Source: the human T2T-CHM13v2.0 reference genome, Homo sapiens
Direction: 5' to 3' (one strand)
Length of the DNA: 64,000 nucleotides
NCBI RefSeq assembly: GCF_009914755.1
Contig: NC_060943.1
Under the pieces are notes generated by a model. It worked only from the letters and a program-made list of their open reading frames with translations. It ran no database searches and was not told the origin of the DNA. Numbering within the stretch: the stretch's first letter is position 1; each line of letters begins with the position of its first letter. The position numbers were made by a program, and so were the translations under genes. Shown piece after piece: positions 1-13,446 of this stretch.

Positions 1-135
1 CGCATCCCCATGTGTTCAACAGCACTGAGGCTGCTGCACGTTAGAGGTAATTAGGAATAGGCGCTTTTTAAGATTTAAACGATAACTTTTAAAAATTAAA
101 TTTTCACTTAAAATTTCATGAGACAGAAGGACAGC

Positions 136-500
136 TACTATGATATAAATGCTTGCATCTCCTCTAAATTCATATGTTAAAATTCTAATCCCCAGTGTGG
201 TAGTTGTAGGAGGTGACGCTTTTGAGGGGGGTGATTAGGTCATGAAGGTACAGCCCCAATGAATGGGATGAGTGCCCTCACAAGAGGCCCCAGAGAGCTG
301 CCTTGCCCCTTTCCCCATATGAGGACACAGCCAGGAGGTGCCATCTTTGAATCAGAAAGCAGGCCCCTGCAGACACCAAATCTGCCTGTGCGTTTATGTT
401 GGACTTCCCAGCCTCCAGGACTGTGAACAATAAATTTCTGTTGTTTATAAGGCACCTGACTTACGGTGTTTTGTAATAGCAGCCTAAAAGGACTAAGATG
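136..500 (+). mobile_element. MLT1A0-type MaLR solo LTR
   Basis: Matches the MLT1A0 consensus throughout (aaattcatatgtt..., gtgattaggtcatga..., ggacttcccagcctccaggactgtga, aataaatttctgttgtttataag, end gactaaga). 5-bp TSD acagc (131-135) / acaac (501-505). Confidence 0.9.
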
Positions 501-707
501 ACAACACCCCCACTCCGCCAACTTCCTCATCCCACTCTGAGAATCTTCCAAGGATGGACAGCCTACAGCTCTCCAGGCAGACAAGCTCACAGAACTACTG
601 GTGGTGGCTGCTTCTATTCTGATGAGCAAAGGCCTAAAGCCATGTGGATCTTGCACTTTGAAAGTGAAATCATGAGCCCTTAATCACTGAAAAACATAAT
701 TGATTCC

Positions 708-960
708 CATTTCTCTAGTTAGGTGTCCTGGTACACTAATGCCTCAACACAGTTTGTTGGGGGGTGGATGAGAAAGAATTCCATGATCAATTAAATTTGG
801 AAAATGCTACATACAATATTGCCTTCTTGGACTCACATACTAAAAGCTCTGGGATGTTCTGAGTCAATGAATCAATTTAATTTTTGGTTCATCATTTTCC
901 AATTTATCTGACCGCAGAACGCTGTCTTCATGCATACCTATGAAAAACGTGAAGAACCCA
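708..960. mobile_element. Degenerate hAT-Charlie DNA transposon relic (Charlie4-like)
   Basis: ttccatgatcaattaaatttggaaaatgctacatac...cttggactcaca...taaaagctctgggatgttctg resembles Charlie4-type MITE sequence; heavily diverged. Confidence 0.45.
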
Positions 961-1019
961 TTTTCAAAAACTCCTAATTGGGCAGAACTAGACTGAAACT
1001 GATTATTAATCAAAGGAGG

Positions 1020-1205
1020 CTTAGGCAATAGAATGAACAATCTGCCAGGGGTCAAAAGACCCGGATTCTGGTCTAGACTCTTTCTTTAATTAGCTGTGTG
1101 ACTTTGGGGAAATCACGTTCTTCTGGGCCTTGGTTTCCTTGCCTATAAAACAAGAGACTGAAATTAGATCATTCCAAAGGCCCCTTACAGGGGCGATATA
1201 CAATG
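1020..1205 (+). mobile_element. MIR SINE
   Basis: MIR core: agctgtgtgactttggggaaatcac...tctgggccttggtttccttgcctataaaa. Confidence 0.8.
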
Positions 1206-2804
1206 ATTTTTCTGATTTGTGAAGACTCATCTGCTGGTAGGCTGTCTACTCTCTCCTTACCTATCACAGCTCCTGTTGGCACCTGCAGGGCCTGCAGGGT
1301 GGCCTGGAATCTGCTCCAGGCCGGGGGAAGTGCATTATAATCCTTGAGGACATTCGGATAGGATTGTTGTGTGTTCCTGGCCCACCATAGGCTGGTGGCT
1401 GTGCCAGTCAGTCTCTCTCTCTCTCTCAGAACTCTTCCCTCTGTGCAGAATTTCATGGTAAGTATTATGGGATGACGCAGGAGACCTGGACCCTCTACCC
1501 TCTGCCCCTAGGATTGTGAGTGTCGAAGGGGAAATAAGCCAGGTCCACACACAGATGCAAGTGATCACACGCAGCAGTGGGTGTCGACAGGCCAGGTGCT
1601 TAGCGAGATCTTAGAGGAAGCTTCCTCCTCAAGGTCTGGGTCATTGTAGAGACCTCATGGGGCATGGAGGACTTCACAAAGCCAGAAAGATTTGTTGAAT
1701 TCAGGGGTTCAGGGGCCTGGATAGAAATGAGGATGGTCTCAGTAATGCTAGGACAAAACAATACCAAGTATGGTTAGCGGCTGGTGAGTCTCTCTGCATG
1801 AGCATAAGTAGGCAGAAGGAGTGGGAAATCAGGTGGGGCCGGGGGCTTTAGACAGAAGACAGCAGCCTGTGAATGCCAATGCAATCAGGCTCTAGGGTCA
1901 CACAGGCAGTGGGTATCCATTCTTCAGGAAAAAAGAAAACTACAAAATACTAAACATAATACTAGAAATAGAATAATTCAAACAAATATGATAATAAAGT
2001 AAAAGTAAGCTCTTTCTGCCTCTTCCAGAAGATCAACCAATAAGACAAGTTCCCATAGAGGTGATTTAATACACTGTCATGTGCAATGTTTAACATCAGT
2101 AATAATAAATCGTAAAGGGGGCTAATGCTTTACATGGTGGAGCATAGAAAGAGGAGTGAGAGGCTTAGATGAGGAAGGGAGATGGAACCTCTGCCCTGTG
2201 AAAGACCGCAAGGGGTAGCTGGGCACTCCTGCGGGAGCTTTCCTTTCATTCTCATAAAATGAGAAACAGTGAGAGTAAACAACTGTTACGGTAAATACTT
2301 AAACAATGATTAAAAGACAAAGGCTGCTGACATCAGTCTTAGTAGAGATGCTACTACATATGAGTTCTACCGTCAGAGGGCCTAGAGCCACTCTTTGGAG
2401 GCACCTGCTTATTTCTCCTGCCTGTGTGCTTCCACTTAGGAGTCTAGACAACCATGCTCACAGGGTCTGTCTGCAGGTCACTGGATTGAGCAAGGACTCT
2501 CAAAATCAGGAAAGACTTCCTTAGACACCCTCTCTTGGGTTCTTTCTCCTTCTTCCCTGTGTTCCAGGTTTTGTGCTCAAATCTCCAGTGTTCATTCCCA
2601 GTGTCCTCCTTCCCCGCTATGCACTGTCTGCTAAAGGCCTTCAGGAGTGTCTCATAGTGGTCATGGTCACTGTTCCACTCACCTGGTGATAAGTAGAAAC
2701 CTCCGGCCAAAGTCTCTGGGCACAAACCCCAAATACCATCCTGGGCTTTCTGTTAGAATGCCAGGTGGATAGAGTGTGTGTGTGTGTGTGTATCTGCAAC
2801 AATG

Positions 2805-3365
2805 CCTTTGCTTCCAAGTGACAGGAGCTCTAACTGGTAAGAACAACAAAGGGGATGTATTGGCTCATGTAGTGGGAAACCCACTTGTAGAGAGGACTTT
2901 AGGGTCACTGCAATGCTTTTCTTTCTGCCTCTCTATTCTGGCTGCTAGGACGTCAGCTTCATTCAATGGCCGCTTCCTCTCTTTGAGAGAAAGATGGAAG
3001 CCAGCAAATCAGCTGGAGTATGTTTTCTTCCCCAGGAAGGTTGAGATTGTGAGAGAGAGAGAGAGAGAGTGTGCTTCTGTTTTAGAAGAGTGAGAAAGAT
3101 CCTTTTACAGAAGCTCCAGGAAAAACCTCTTTTCATATCTCATTGGCCTGAAATGGAACCCAAAGTCATTCCTGAACCAATCACTGTGGCTAAGACTAGG
3201 GGGCTGGGCTTCTTTTCTTGTCTTGCCAATCAGCACCTACCACCAGGTGCTGGGGAATTGGTCAATTCCCAGTACACATTTAGTACAAAAGAAGGAGAGG
3301 AAACTCTGCAGGGGAAAAGAAAGGATTTTCAGTAAAAGTTTAAAATGGGTGCTGGAAAGTCAATC
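2805..3365 (-). mobile_element. Old MaLR LTR (MLT1K/L-like)
   Basis: tattggctcatgta..., ctcattggcctgaaatgg...cattcctgaaccaatcactgtggc are typical of old MLT1 LTRs in reverse orientation. Confidence 0.65.
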
Positions 3366-3480
3366 AGGAGCTGTCCCAGGACAGGAGTTTGACCCTATGA
3401 AGACTACTGCCCAATCATTCATCATTTCTGAAACTCTTCTTATACATACAAGCCCTTAACTGGGCCCTTGTGTATGTGCC

Positions 3481-3870
3481 TAGATCAGTTACGATGCTTC
3501 TGGCTGCAAGTAACACAAAATCCTGACTCCATCTGTCTTAAATAACCAGAGAACGTGGAATCTCACATTCGGAGTAAGGACGTCTACCGGAGACAGCCCA
3601 ATGAGCTGCTCAGTAGTCAACAATGGCCCAGGTTGTTCCCGTCTCTCTTCTCTCTTGTCCTCACCATCTGTTTCATCCTAAGTCTTCTTTCTTTTGTATT
3701 TTCGAGGTGACTGTTGCATCTCTAGACATGACAATCCAGAATAACAAGGAGAAACCATCTCTTGTGATTTTTCCCTTGGAGAGAGGACATTTTCCCCAAA
3801 GCACCTGGGCTGAAATCCTATCTCCACCACTCAGTGGCAGGTGGCCTCAAGCAGCATCAAAGGGATAATA
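3481..3870 (-). mobile_element. Old MaLR LTR (MLT1J/L/N-like)
   Basis: Begins tcagttacgatgcttctggctgcaagtaacacaaaatcctgactc...cttaaataa, the reverse-complemented 3' end of old MLT1 LTRs. Confidence 0.6.
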
Positions 3871-4236
3871 ATAGTCCTTGAATCCTTATGAATATCAGTG
3901 GAGTGATCCCGCTGAAGTGCTCAACACCAGCCCTGGTACACTGTTGTTCTCAGAAACGAGGAGCTTGACTTGCCTGGTGTGTCCTGCTAGTTGAAGGTGT
4001 TTCCATGCTCTGGCATGGATTGTCTCCGAGTATCCCAGTGTTCAGTACGCCTCTTTCAGGTGTCTACAGCCAAAGTCAAGGTCAGAAAATGAAAGCTTTG
4101 GGGGCTTCTCTCCCTTTTGTTGAGCCCTTTGATCAATCTCACCCTCCACAGTTCCTCTACTTATTAACCCTAGGGTGGCCACTTTGCTCTAATCATCATG
4201 TTTGCTGAAAGGCCCCAATCTGCAGTTCCCTGTCTG

Positions 4237-4267
4237 AAAAAAAAAAAAGAAAAGAAAAAGGAAGGAA

Positions 4268-4301
<34 letters not shown>

Positions 4302-4345
4302 AGAAAGAAGGAAGGAAGGAAGGAAGGAAGGAAAGAAAGAGAGAG

Positions 4346-4396
<51 letters not shown>

Positions 4397-4410
4397 AAAA
4401 AAAAAAAAAG
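4237..4410 (+). repeat. Compound purine microsatellite A(n)/(GAAA)n/(GGAA)6
   Basis: Directly visible pure A/G tract. Confidence 0.97.
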
Positions 4411-4896
4411 ACAGGCTAACAATATATGTGTCGGGACCTATTTTTAGTGCTTTACAAATCAGATCTTCCCTCCCGGCCTCCTCCTGTCCCTCAGGACTTT
4501 CAGATTTACTACTTAAATATTTATAAACTGTTACAATTATTTATTAAAGGTTTATGTTGTTATTATATTTAGTGTGGAATATGCATTTCGTCCTCCAAAA
4601 ATAACAGGACTTTCCATTAAACGACATCTGTTAATGATGCAGTAAATTGACTCTTAAAGCAATAGAGAAAGTTCTCTTCTCCTTTGACAACCCTAAGTAC
4701 CCTTATTTAAAAGTAGAGGCCCTACCTCACTGGAAAATACATTACTTCTGACTCCCCAAATGTTACTCTATGCAGATTTAGGAAATTTGTAGTGCTTACA
4801 CAGAGAAATTTTACCCTCAGCTATCACCATCTAGTCAAAAGCAACAGATGCCTTCGTAGTTGGTAGCCCTTCCTTTCCTCCAAGGCTTCTGTTGGT

Positions 4897-4967
4897 GCAT
4901 AAATGTGCACACACATGTGTGCATGTGTATGTCTTTGTGTGCATATGTGTGCACACACGTATGTGTA
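4897..4967 (+). repeat. Degenerate (TG/CA)n repeat
   Basis: tgtgcacacacatgtgtgcatgtgtatg...gtgtgcacacacgtatgtgt. Confidence 0.75.
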
Positions 4968-4991
4968 AGAGAAGCCCTTGTCTCAGCTCAG

Positions 4992-5190
4992 ATTTATTTG
5001 TTCATTCATTCAGTTTAATCCACTCTGTGTTAGGTGTCAAACTTAAGGAAATGGATAAGAAACACTGCCCTGAGAGATTCACAGGACTAACAGAAGAGCA
5101 AAAAATAAGTAATAAAATATCAATGGTACATAAAGAATTATTAAGCAGTGTAGATGTACATGTGCAATGCCATGGAAACAAAGAAGCACT
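4992..5190 (-). mobile_element. L2 LINE 3' fragment
   Basis: ttcattcattca tail followed by ctgtgttaggtgt...cactgccctgagagattcacag, the reverse complement of an L2 3' end. Confidence 0.6.
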
Positions 5191-5357
5191 AATTTTGTAG
5201 AGGGATTTTTTTTTGATGTACATGTAGCTCTATGTGTAATAGCAAGGCTTAATTTGAGAAGAATTATCTGGCTTTTTTCTTGGAATGGGACTTGCCTTCC
5301 ATCACTAGGTTGCTAACCCATCCATCTGCCAGTGTTACCCAGACCATGGTCTAGCCT

Positions 5358-5566
5358 GGTGGTTCTCACCCAGGGGAGGTTTTCCTTCTAGAGACATCTG
5401 GCAATCTCTGGAACCATTTTAGGTGATGAGAGGGTGCTACCGGCATTTAGTGGGTAGAGGCTAGAAATACAGCTAAGCACCCAGCAATGGCCAGGACAAC
5501 CCACACACCAAAGAGTTCTCTGGCCCCAAATATCAGGAGTGTCCAAGTTGAGGTTGAGAACCACTG
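5358..5566 (+). mobile_element. MER20 hAT-Charlie MITE
   Basis: gtggttctca...gacatctggcaatctctgga...gtgctaccggcatttagtgggtagaggc...gaggttgagaaccactg, with terminal inverted repeats. Confidence 0.9.
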
Positions 5567-5699
5567 TCTTGCTCAAAAGGGTCCTGTGGGGGTGGGAGTC
5601 ATTCTGAACAAGGCCAGTGAAATTGGCCTGAGTTTCTTGGAGGAGAGCTGAGATTTGACCTGGAGAGACAGTTAAGGGTCTTAAAATGACCACTGCCCC

Positions 5700-6499
<800 letters not shown>

Positions 6500-6790
6500 T
6501 TATTTTCGAAAGATGGCACATCAGTTTAGAAGCCAAGAGACCAGGATACTGGGCTTGGCTCATCCCCCAGTAGATGCCATGATGTCAGCGACCCATAGCC
6601 CTTCCTCACCTTCCTCAGTAGATCTGCTTTTGCACTTGGTACCAGGGGATGCCAATAACCTCCACCTTCCTGTCTTTCAGAGTGGCTCTGAGAAGCCCAG
6701 GAAACACCACATGGGAAAATGCAAAGCTGAATAAATGAAATGGTTGAAGATCGTACTTCTGGTAGGAAGAAGTTGATAAATTCTTCCTAT

Positions 6791-6859
6791 GGGGAGGGGA
6801 GGGTAAGGAAGGGGAGGGGAGGGCAGGGCAGGGGACGGGAGGGGAGGGGAGGGGAGGGA
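6791..6859 (+). repeat. (GGGGA/GGGCA)n G-rich repeat with G-quadruplex potential
   Basis: More than ten G3-G4 runs separated by mostly 1-2 nt loops. Confidence 0.9.
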
Positions 6860-8512
6860 TCTGGATCTAGCCTGGTTTTCCCTTTGCTCTTGGCAGGTCT
6901 TGGGGCACCCAGGAGCCACCATGGGGCATTGCACTTTACAGATGAATTTCCCTACCTTTGCAGGAGGAAAAGCAGTGGCCCTCTGGTTACTTGGTTGCCT
7001 AGGATTTAAAGCTGGGAGTGGACTCCACAGTGCGTTTTTGTTTGTGGTTGGAATTTTTGAGTTATACACTCCCTGGGCTGTTAGCTGAAATATTAGTGCA
7101 TCCTCACAAATAAAATCACTCCAGGAAAAGCGTTGCTAGAATTTCCAACAAAGGCTGTCTTTGCCCTTCCGCGTACTTCCTAGATGGGGGTTCTTAAGCC
7201 ACTCCTCGGAATCTGAATCCTACCAAGTGATGCCTGCCTTCTGCCTGCTACCCTGGGCCCCTGGATCTGCTGTCCTCTGGCACAGGCATCATTTGCTCCC
7301 TGGAAGCTGGGGAACCTTGCTTGGCAGTCACTAGGAAACTAGCTTAGAAAAACAGCCTCCCCGGCACCTGTGCCAGCAGGCAGGAATCCACCTGCTTTTT
7401 CCAAAAGTGTTTGCCTGTAGGGAGACTGCCTGAGGCCCACGTAAATTCAGAAATTTCTGGGGTTTGGCTTAGCAGGCCCAGAGGGCCCCGGAAGACACTG
7501 AGTGATTTCCCTCTGTGGCGTCCGTGAGAGTCAGTGTCACTGCTGGTGAGTCCATTTTTCCCACTCAGAGAGTTGGGGCACCCCCTAAATAATTGAAGTA
7601 TTAGTATCAGTTTCTTTCCCCTTCTGCAGGCACTCCCAGAGGTCTGCCGTTTTCTTTGCAAGAACAGTTGGCATTAAATATGCTGGGTGTCAGTGCAGCA
7701 GTTAGGTGGTTAATTTTGACTGAATATTATGCTATATAACCACTTGGCATTTAACTTGAAAAATGGCTTTCTGCTTCACCTGTCAGCATACCCAGTTCTC
7801 ATCAAATAAGTGAGTGAGAAAAATTTTTAAATTTCAATTTCCTGATGCTATTAGACACTACTTCTTCCATACTTAAACAGTTTAGCAGTGCATGTGCAGG
7901 TTTTTGTATTCAGACCATGCCTGAGACTACATGCTATTACAATAGCTTTTTTGTTTAAAGGGTAAAGAGATGCATGGATCTTTATCTTGAGGTTAGGAAA
8001 ATGTATTGCAGGAACACGGCCAATCAGGTTCTGAATAACTTTGAAACATGGTGCCATCACCCCAGTGTAGTACAAGGAATTCCAGTGCCTACAGTAGAGG
8101 ATTTGAGAGTGTCAGAAGAAAGCCTTAGAAATGAAGTAAATGTGCAGAGTAATCCCGCATGGTACTTCAGGGGGAAATTGATCACTCAGGTTAGCATTAA
8201 TCTATTTTTACTGTTTCTTTTGTCAATTATAATTCAGTAAACCATGCCAAGGACTTACATTCATGAACTCTCTATGTTTAAGATTAAAACCCCAGGCTCA
8301 TCCACTTATGTGAATTAGACATCTCCAGTTGTTCGTAGTTCAAACAGGTTGATTAGTGTCACCTCATTTTGTTTATACATCCCGAAAATGAAAAGCCGGC
8401 AGAGGGAAGATGACAGTATTTGATTTCTATGTCTCAGAACCACTTTGTCATAACTCATTTTTATGGTGGATGTGTTGTGAACAGGATGGGAAACGTGCCT
8501 TGTTTGTTTAAG

Positions 8513-8728
8513 AAAGGGTCAACAAGCTATGGCCTGTTGGCCAAATTCAGCCTGCCTCTTCTCTGGCCTGTTTCTGTAAATAAAGTATTATTCGGACAGA
8601 ACCACACACACTTATTTATCGGTTTATCTGTGGCTGTTTTCAATCTGCAGAGTTGAGTTGTCCCAACAGACACAGTATGACTCATAAAGCGTTCTTATCG
8701 GCCCTTTACAGAAAAAGTTGTCTCCCTG
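8513..8728 (+). mobile_element. MER58A hAT-Charlie MITE
   Basis: gggtcaacaagctatggcctgttggccaaattcagcctgc...tgtaaataaagtattatt...ggccctttacagaaaaagttg...ccctg. Confidence 0.9.
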
Positions 8729-8884
8729 TAATTTCAAGCTTCAAATGCTCATTTTCTTCCTTTTGTGATTCCAGGCCTAATTTTTCCATATCTTTAGAGG
8801 GCACATTTCTAGAAAGAGTGAATGGCTTGAGAAGTTTTGTACTTTTGAAGAGGTTTTTTTTTTTTCTTCACTTAGGCTGGATGA

Positions 8885-8990
8885 GGGGGATGTGAAATCA
8901 TTCTGTTTTACAGATAAGAAGACTGAGGTACAGCAGGGTTCAGTGACCTGTTACAGGCCACATAGCTGGGAATAAAAAGACAAACTCCAT
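8885..8990 (-). mobile_element. MIR fragment
   Basis: ttttacagataagaagactgaggtacagcagggttcagtgacctg. Confidence 0.8.
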
Positions 8991-9895
8991 TCTTCATGGG
9001 AACTGTGGGGATTAAATACATCAGTAAATGTAAATGGGTTGAAAAAATGTTCCCAGCATAGAGCAAATTTGCAATCCTTGCTAAATATGATTATTCCCTT
9101 TATTTTCATTGTTCCAGGGCCCTCACCCTGGTATACCAGGCAACCAGGAAGAAGGGATGCCTGCTGCTGTAAGCCTGTGCCAGCAACACAGAGACCCAGG
9201 CCTTCAGCCCAAGCGGGGCTCTGTGCCTCCATCGGAAACATGAACCAGATTTCCTTGTAATGGGCTCCATATTTAGGCCCAGCAGCCTTAGATGTCTGGC
9301 CAATAGGAAAGCTATGTCCTTCCTGCACAATTTCAGCCCTAAGAATCTGTGACTCTCCCTCCCTGGAGGCCTAGAGAACAAGAGGAGGGAGGGCTTGAAA
9401 TCAATAAATGGATTGCACACCTGCAGGGCTCTGCCATTTGTCATCTGTGAGCTACGCAGCCATTCTGGGGCTTACGCTATCCTGAGCTGCGTGTGTTTCC
9501 ATGGTCTCCCATTATGCTCCACTTTGACCCCTCAAAATATTGTTTCAACTTCCAGGAGGCTGGATGATGGGGAGAGAGAGGCAAAGAGAGAGGGAGGGAG
9601 CAAGGGAGTTGGCAGAATGAGAGAGGGAGCATGTCCAAAAATGCCGGCTCCAGCCAACTGTATCAGATGCCAGCTGCCAATACCACCCTGGTCCCTCTGA
9701 GGTCAGCCAGGTAGCTGGAGCCCTTCCTTGCCTTCCAGGCAAACAGGCTGCTACTCCAAGGGAAAACAGCCCTCAAATGCAGCCCTGCTCGGCTTCTCAG
9801 AAGGCTAGGGAGGAGAAAGGGGATTGAATTAACCAAGATATCCAACATATCGTCTCCAGGGTGAAGTAGAAAATCAACAGCATGACCTTTAAGGC

Positions 9896-10140
9896 CACTC
9901 ACTCATTCACTCCAAGATAAATTCTATAGGTGCCCATGGTGTGCTGGGGAGGAGAGGGGAGGGGAACGGACAGCTCCTACCCCTAGGAGCTTTGTGTCAC
10001 CCATGTCATCAGCCGAAGTGCTGGCTTAATAGACGGAACTTGTTCTAAAGGTATGAGAAGAGTAAATTGGAGATGGTAATTGCAGGAAGTGATGGCAGAG
10101 GGAAGAAAGAGGTGGTGTTTTAGGAGTAGGGTCTGGAGCT
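9896..10140 (-). mobile_element. L2 fragment
   Basis: cactcactcattcactc tail, then gtgctgggga...cctacccctaggagctt. Confidence 0.45.
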
Positions 10141-13100
10141 GTTCCCATAAACTAGGGCCATGGAGGAAGCGGCTGCCCATGAGGGTTGTGAAACCACAGA
10201 GGTGATGCCGCTACAGGCAGATATGCCACCCCTCCACAAGCCCAGACTCTCAGGGGTACTGCAGACAGTTATCTGGGCTCATTCCCTAAGGCCCCTTTTA
10301 ACGAGAGAGTCTCAAGACAGCGGGGCTGGGAGCCTGTGAGGCAGGAAGAAAGTTCCAGCTAAAAAGACAATCCCCATTAGTTCAGCTGGGACTCTCAAGA
10401 AGATGAGCGCTTTCCTAAATGCAATGAAGGCAAGGAATAAGAAGGATGGGCTTTCCTCCCAAGGCTGCTGGGAGCTCACTTGGTGAATATGAATTGGTCT
10501 CCTTGCCAGGCGGGGCCTCAGCTCCCCGACCTGTAGCATGGGATGACTGGGTTGGCTCAAAGGTGTTACCCATCCATGTTATCAAAGAGAACAGTTTTAA
10601 AGCTCACCACTTAGAAGATGGAGCTTTAGAGAAAAGACAGTACCCAAGGACTCTCAGGAGCATCGTGCATGGGGCCTGATATGGCACCACAGCAGCTGGG
10701 GTCCAGAGACTCTGGAACTGAGGGCTGAGCCTGAGAGACGTGGTGTGAGTGTGAGTGAACAACGCATTGGCACGGTAGGTGCGTGTTTATGCATGACAGT
10801 CTTCAAACCCTGCTTCTGCAGAAAGCACAGTGACCATAGCAGATACTGAGTTCTGTCGTGGTAGGGACCTGCGCCACCAGGGCCTCCCTTCGTCCCCAGC
10901 AGCCTGGAGCAGGGCCTGCTGCGTCCCTCCCCAGCCCTCACCCCTCCCAGCCAGTTAAGAGAGTCTCCAGCCAGGAACTGATTTGTGGATGTGCCTCAAG
11001 GTCCGCCAGTGTCACAGTCCCGTGTGATTTATCGCCTGCTCCACACCTCACACTTTCTGTTGTGTGCTAATGCCCCGTCCTTCATATCTTTCTTTAATCA
11101 TGAGAGAGTAATTGTAGATATTTAAACACTTGAGTTTCCTGCAGGAATTTCGAGACTGGGTTTTATAGGCCTTTTATAACAGAACAAATCACAGTTTGGA
11201 TGAAATTCTGGGAATTCTCTTGCAGGATAATCATGTTCAGATTGCCTCCCTACTGCTAGCTTAATGTGGCTGTCCAAGTTTGGGATTTACTGGGGAGCCA
11301 ATTTGTTTTAAGAAATTAACAAAACCGATACCTAAGTACCGCAGTGAACATAAAGTTTTTATTCATTTTGGTGAAAGGGAAAAAAAATACCCAACATTCT
11401 GCTACTCACAAAACAGCTCTTGAAAATCATCTTTATGAAATTGAATCTCTCTCCCCAAATGATTCCCCGATGCTAAGCGGGATGGCCTTGTAATAATCAC
11501 TCCCTTGTATTCGTGCGTTAACCGGTTCAAACTTCACAGGCTTTGCCCAACCCAAGGGTCTCATGGCACCGGCTTTATACTTTTTAAAATTTTATTTATT
11601 TATATTTTTATAGAATGCAGGGAGCCACACAGATGAGAGAGAATTCTCAAGTGGGGAAAGTCATATGTGGACTGTGAGATTTAGACACAAAAAAGGAATG
11701 TATCTCTCACACCCCACACCCCACACATACACAAAGTAGATTTTTTTTTTTCCAAAAATGTGGTCTGGAAAAAGGAAGGAAGAAGGATGCCTGTCATGGA
11801 GCTGGATGTGTGAAAACCTCTTTGAAAAGCAATGACATTTCCTCCTTGGGGGACCTCATCTTCCCTTTGCTCCTACCTGGTGCTGAACACAGGAAGTTCG
11901 TGCTCTCCCTTCACCATCACAGCTGCTTGGGAAATAAACCACATTTAAATCAACCCCTTTGTATCTGCCAGCAGCTGCTAGGCCTCTGAAGGAATCTCTC
12001 CTCTCAATTCCCTTTTGGTGAAAGAAAGGGAATTTGCACCCAGACAGGGGAGGCTCCCTGCTGGGCACGAGCTGACTGAGTGCCCTGGCCCAGGGCAGGT
12101 GTGGGTGTACGGAGGGGTTTGGGGAAGGGCCCTGAGATTCCATTTACCCAAAGGGTATTATGACTCTAAGGTGCCTTCTTAGTCTGCCTGGAGAGTGGGG
12201 AGCCACCATGGGAGTCCGAGACCACGGACAGGACAACAGAAACTCACTGCTGGGGCTCATTCCCTTTGGGCAGCCCCAGGCAGTTACAACCAGGATGACT
12301 GCGACGCTGTGGAAGGAGCTTGCAGCCAGTGGCCCTTCTGCGTGGGCCTCTGTGCGGAGCATGGGCAGAAAGAAAGGAACCAACGTACTCAGCAAACAGT
12401 GCTCGGTGTATCTGCTGCCAGGCCCAGTGCTGAACCCTCCAGGTGAGACAACTCGATAAGACACTACTGCCCCGCCATTTGCACCTGGGGCATGCGTCAC
12501 AGGTGTCCCAAGACCTGCATGGATTGATTTGCTCTCTCTAGGTAAGGACACTCCTTAGGATTGATGCCACTGTCCAACCTGGCCTCCTGAATATGCAAGA
12601 CAGAGTGTGCCAGGGAACAAAGTTGCCACATTTCCCACATGGTCCAGCCCTGGGTAAGGCATTTCCTGGGCAGTGCAGGCCTCTATGGCCCTGTTCACCT
12701 CATTCCCTGGAGTCTTGTACCCTACACACACGCCCTACTGTTCCCTCTGCTGCCTGGGACTCCCAGCCGTCTCCACCAGCCAGGGCCTCACCGAGGGTCC
12801 ATGCAGATCTTAGCTATTCACACCGGATGCTCCTGGAGCCAGGATGCGGCCCTTCAGACCTTGGCCATGGTCCTGTGTGGCCCATAGTTGTGGCAGGCTT
12901 CCACATCTATTCTTTCCTAGCTGGTGCCAGGTCCCAGCCCTGAGGTCTGGGGTAGAGGCTCCCTGGGCTGCCCTGGTTGTGACACAGATGGCTCTGAATG
13001 TGCTTGGCTTTCCAGAGCCTCTGCGGCACCTGTGCTCTGGTCCTGCCTGGCCCTGTAGGCTGCGACTTCCCCAGGAGGCCCAGCTCACTGTTGGAACCTA

Positions 13101-13272
13101 CTTGCTACCTGATAGCCTTTACTGCAGTTCTAGCCTAGAACCTAGAACCTTGACGGTATCAAGACAGTCAGATAGTGGTGAAATATGAGGCAGGGCAGCT
13201 GTTTGCTCCACGTGGGTGTGGGGCTCCAGCCGGGGCCTCAGCATGGCTGTTTCTCCCTCAAGTCGCCTCCTC

Positions 13273-13289
13273 GGTGCCCCCTGCCGACC
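13273..13289 (-). promoter_or_regulatory. Candidate CTCF motif
   Basis: Minus strand reads GGTCGGCAGGGGGCACC; 13 of 14 positions fit the CTCF core CCRSYAGRKGGCRS. Motif match only. Confidence 0.45.
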
Positions 13290-13446
13290 CGTTGAACTCT
13301 CCACGGCCTTGAGCTGCACCCACCTCCCTTAACAGGCTTGCAGGGTCCTCACCAAAGCACAGGGCTGCCCCTCTGGAGGGAAAAAGCCTCAGGTGGTGCT
13401 GCTCCTGCCTTCCTGTGAAGTCTTTCCAGTCTCCCCACAAGCATGG

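Noticed and set aside
16-33. 18-mer tcaacagcactgaggctg identical to the MER20 end near 46586-46603
   Set aside because: Isolated short match at the window edge; probably chance or the end of another MER20.
4189-4422. K/E/R-rich and F/L/S-rich ORFs
   Set aside because: Translations of a GAAA/GGAA microsatellite that lacks stop codons.
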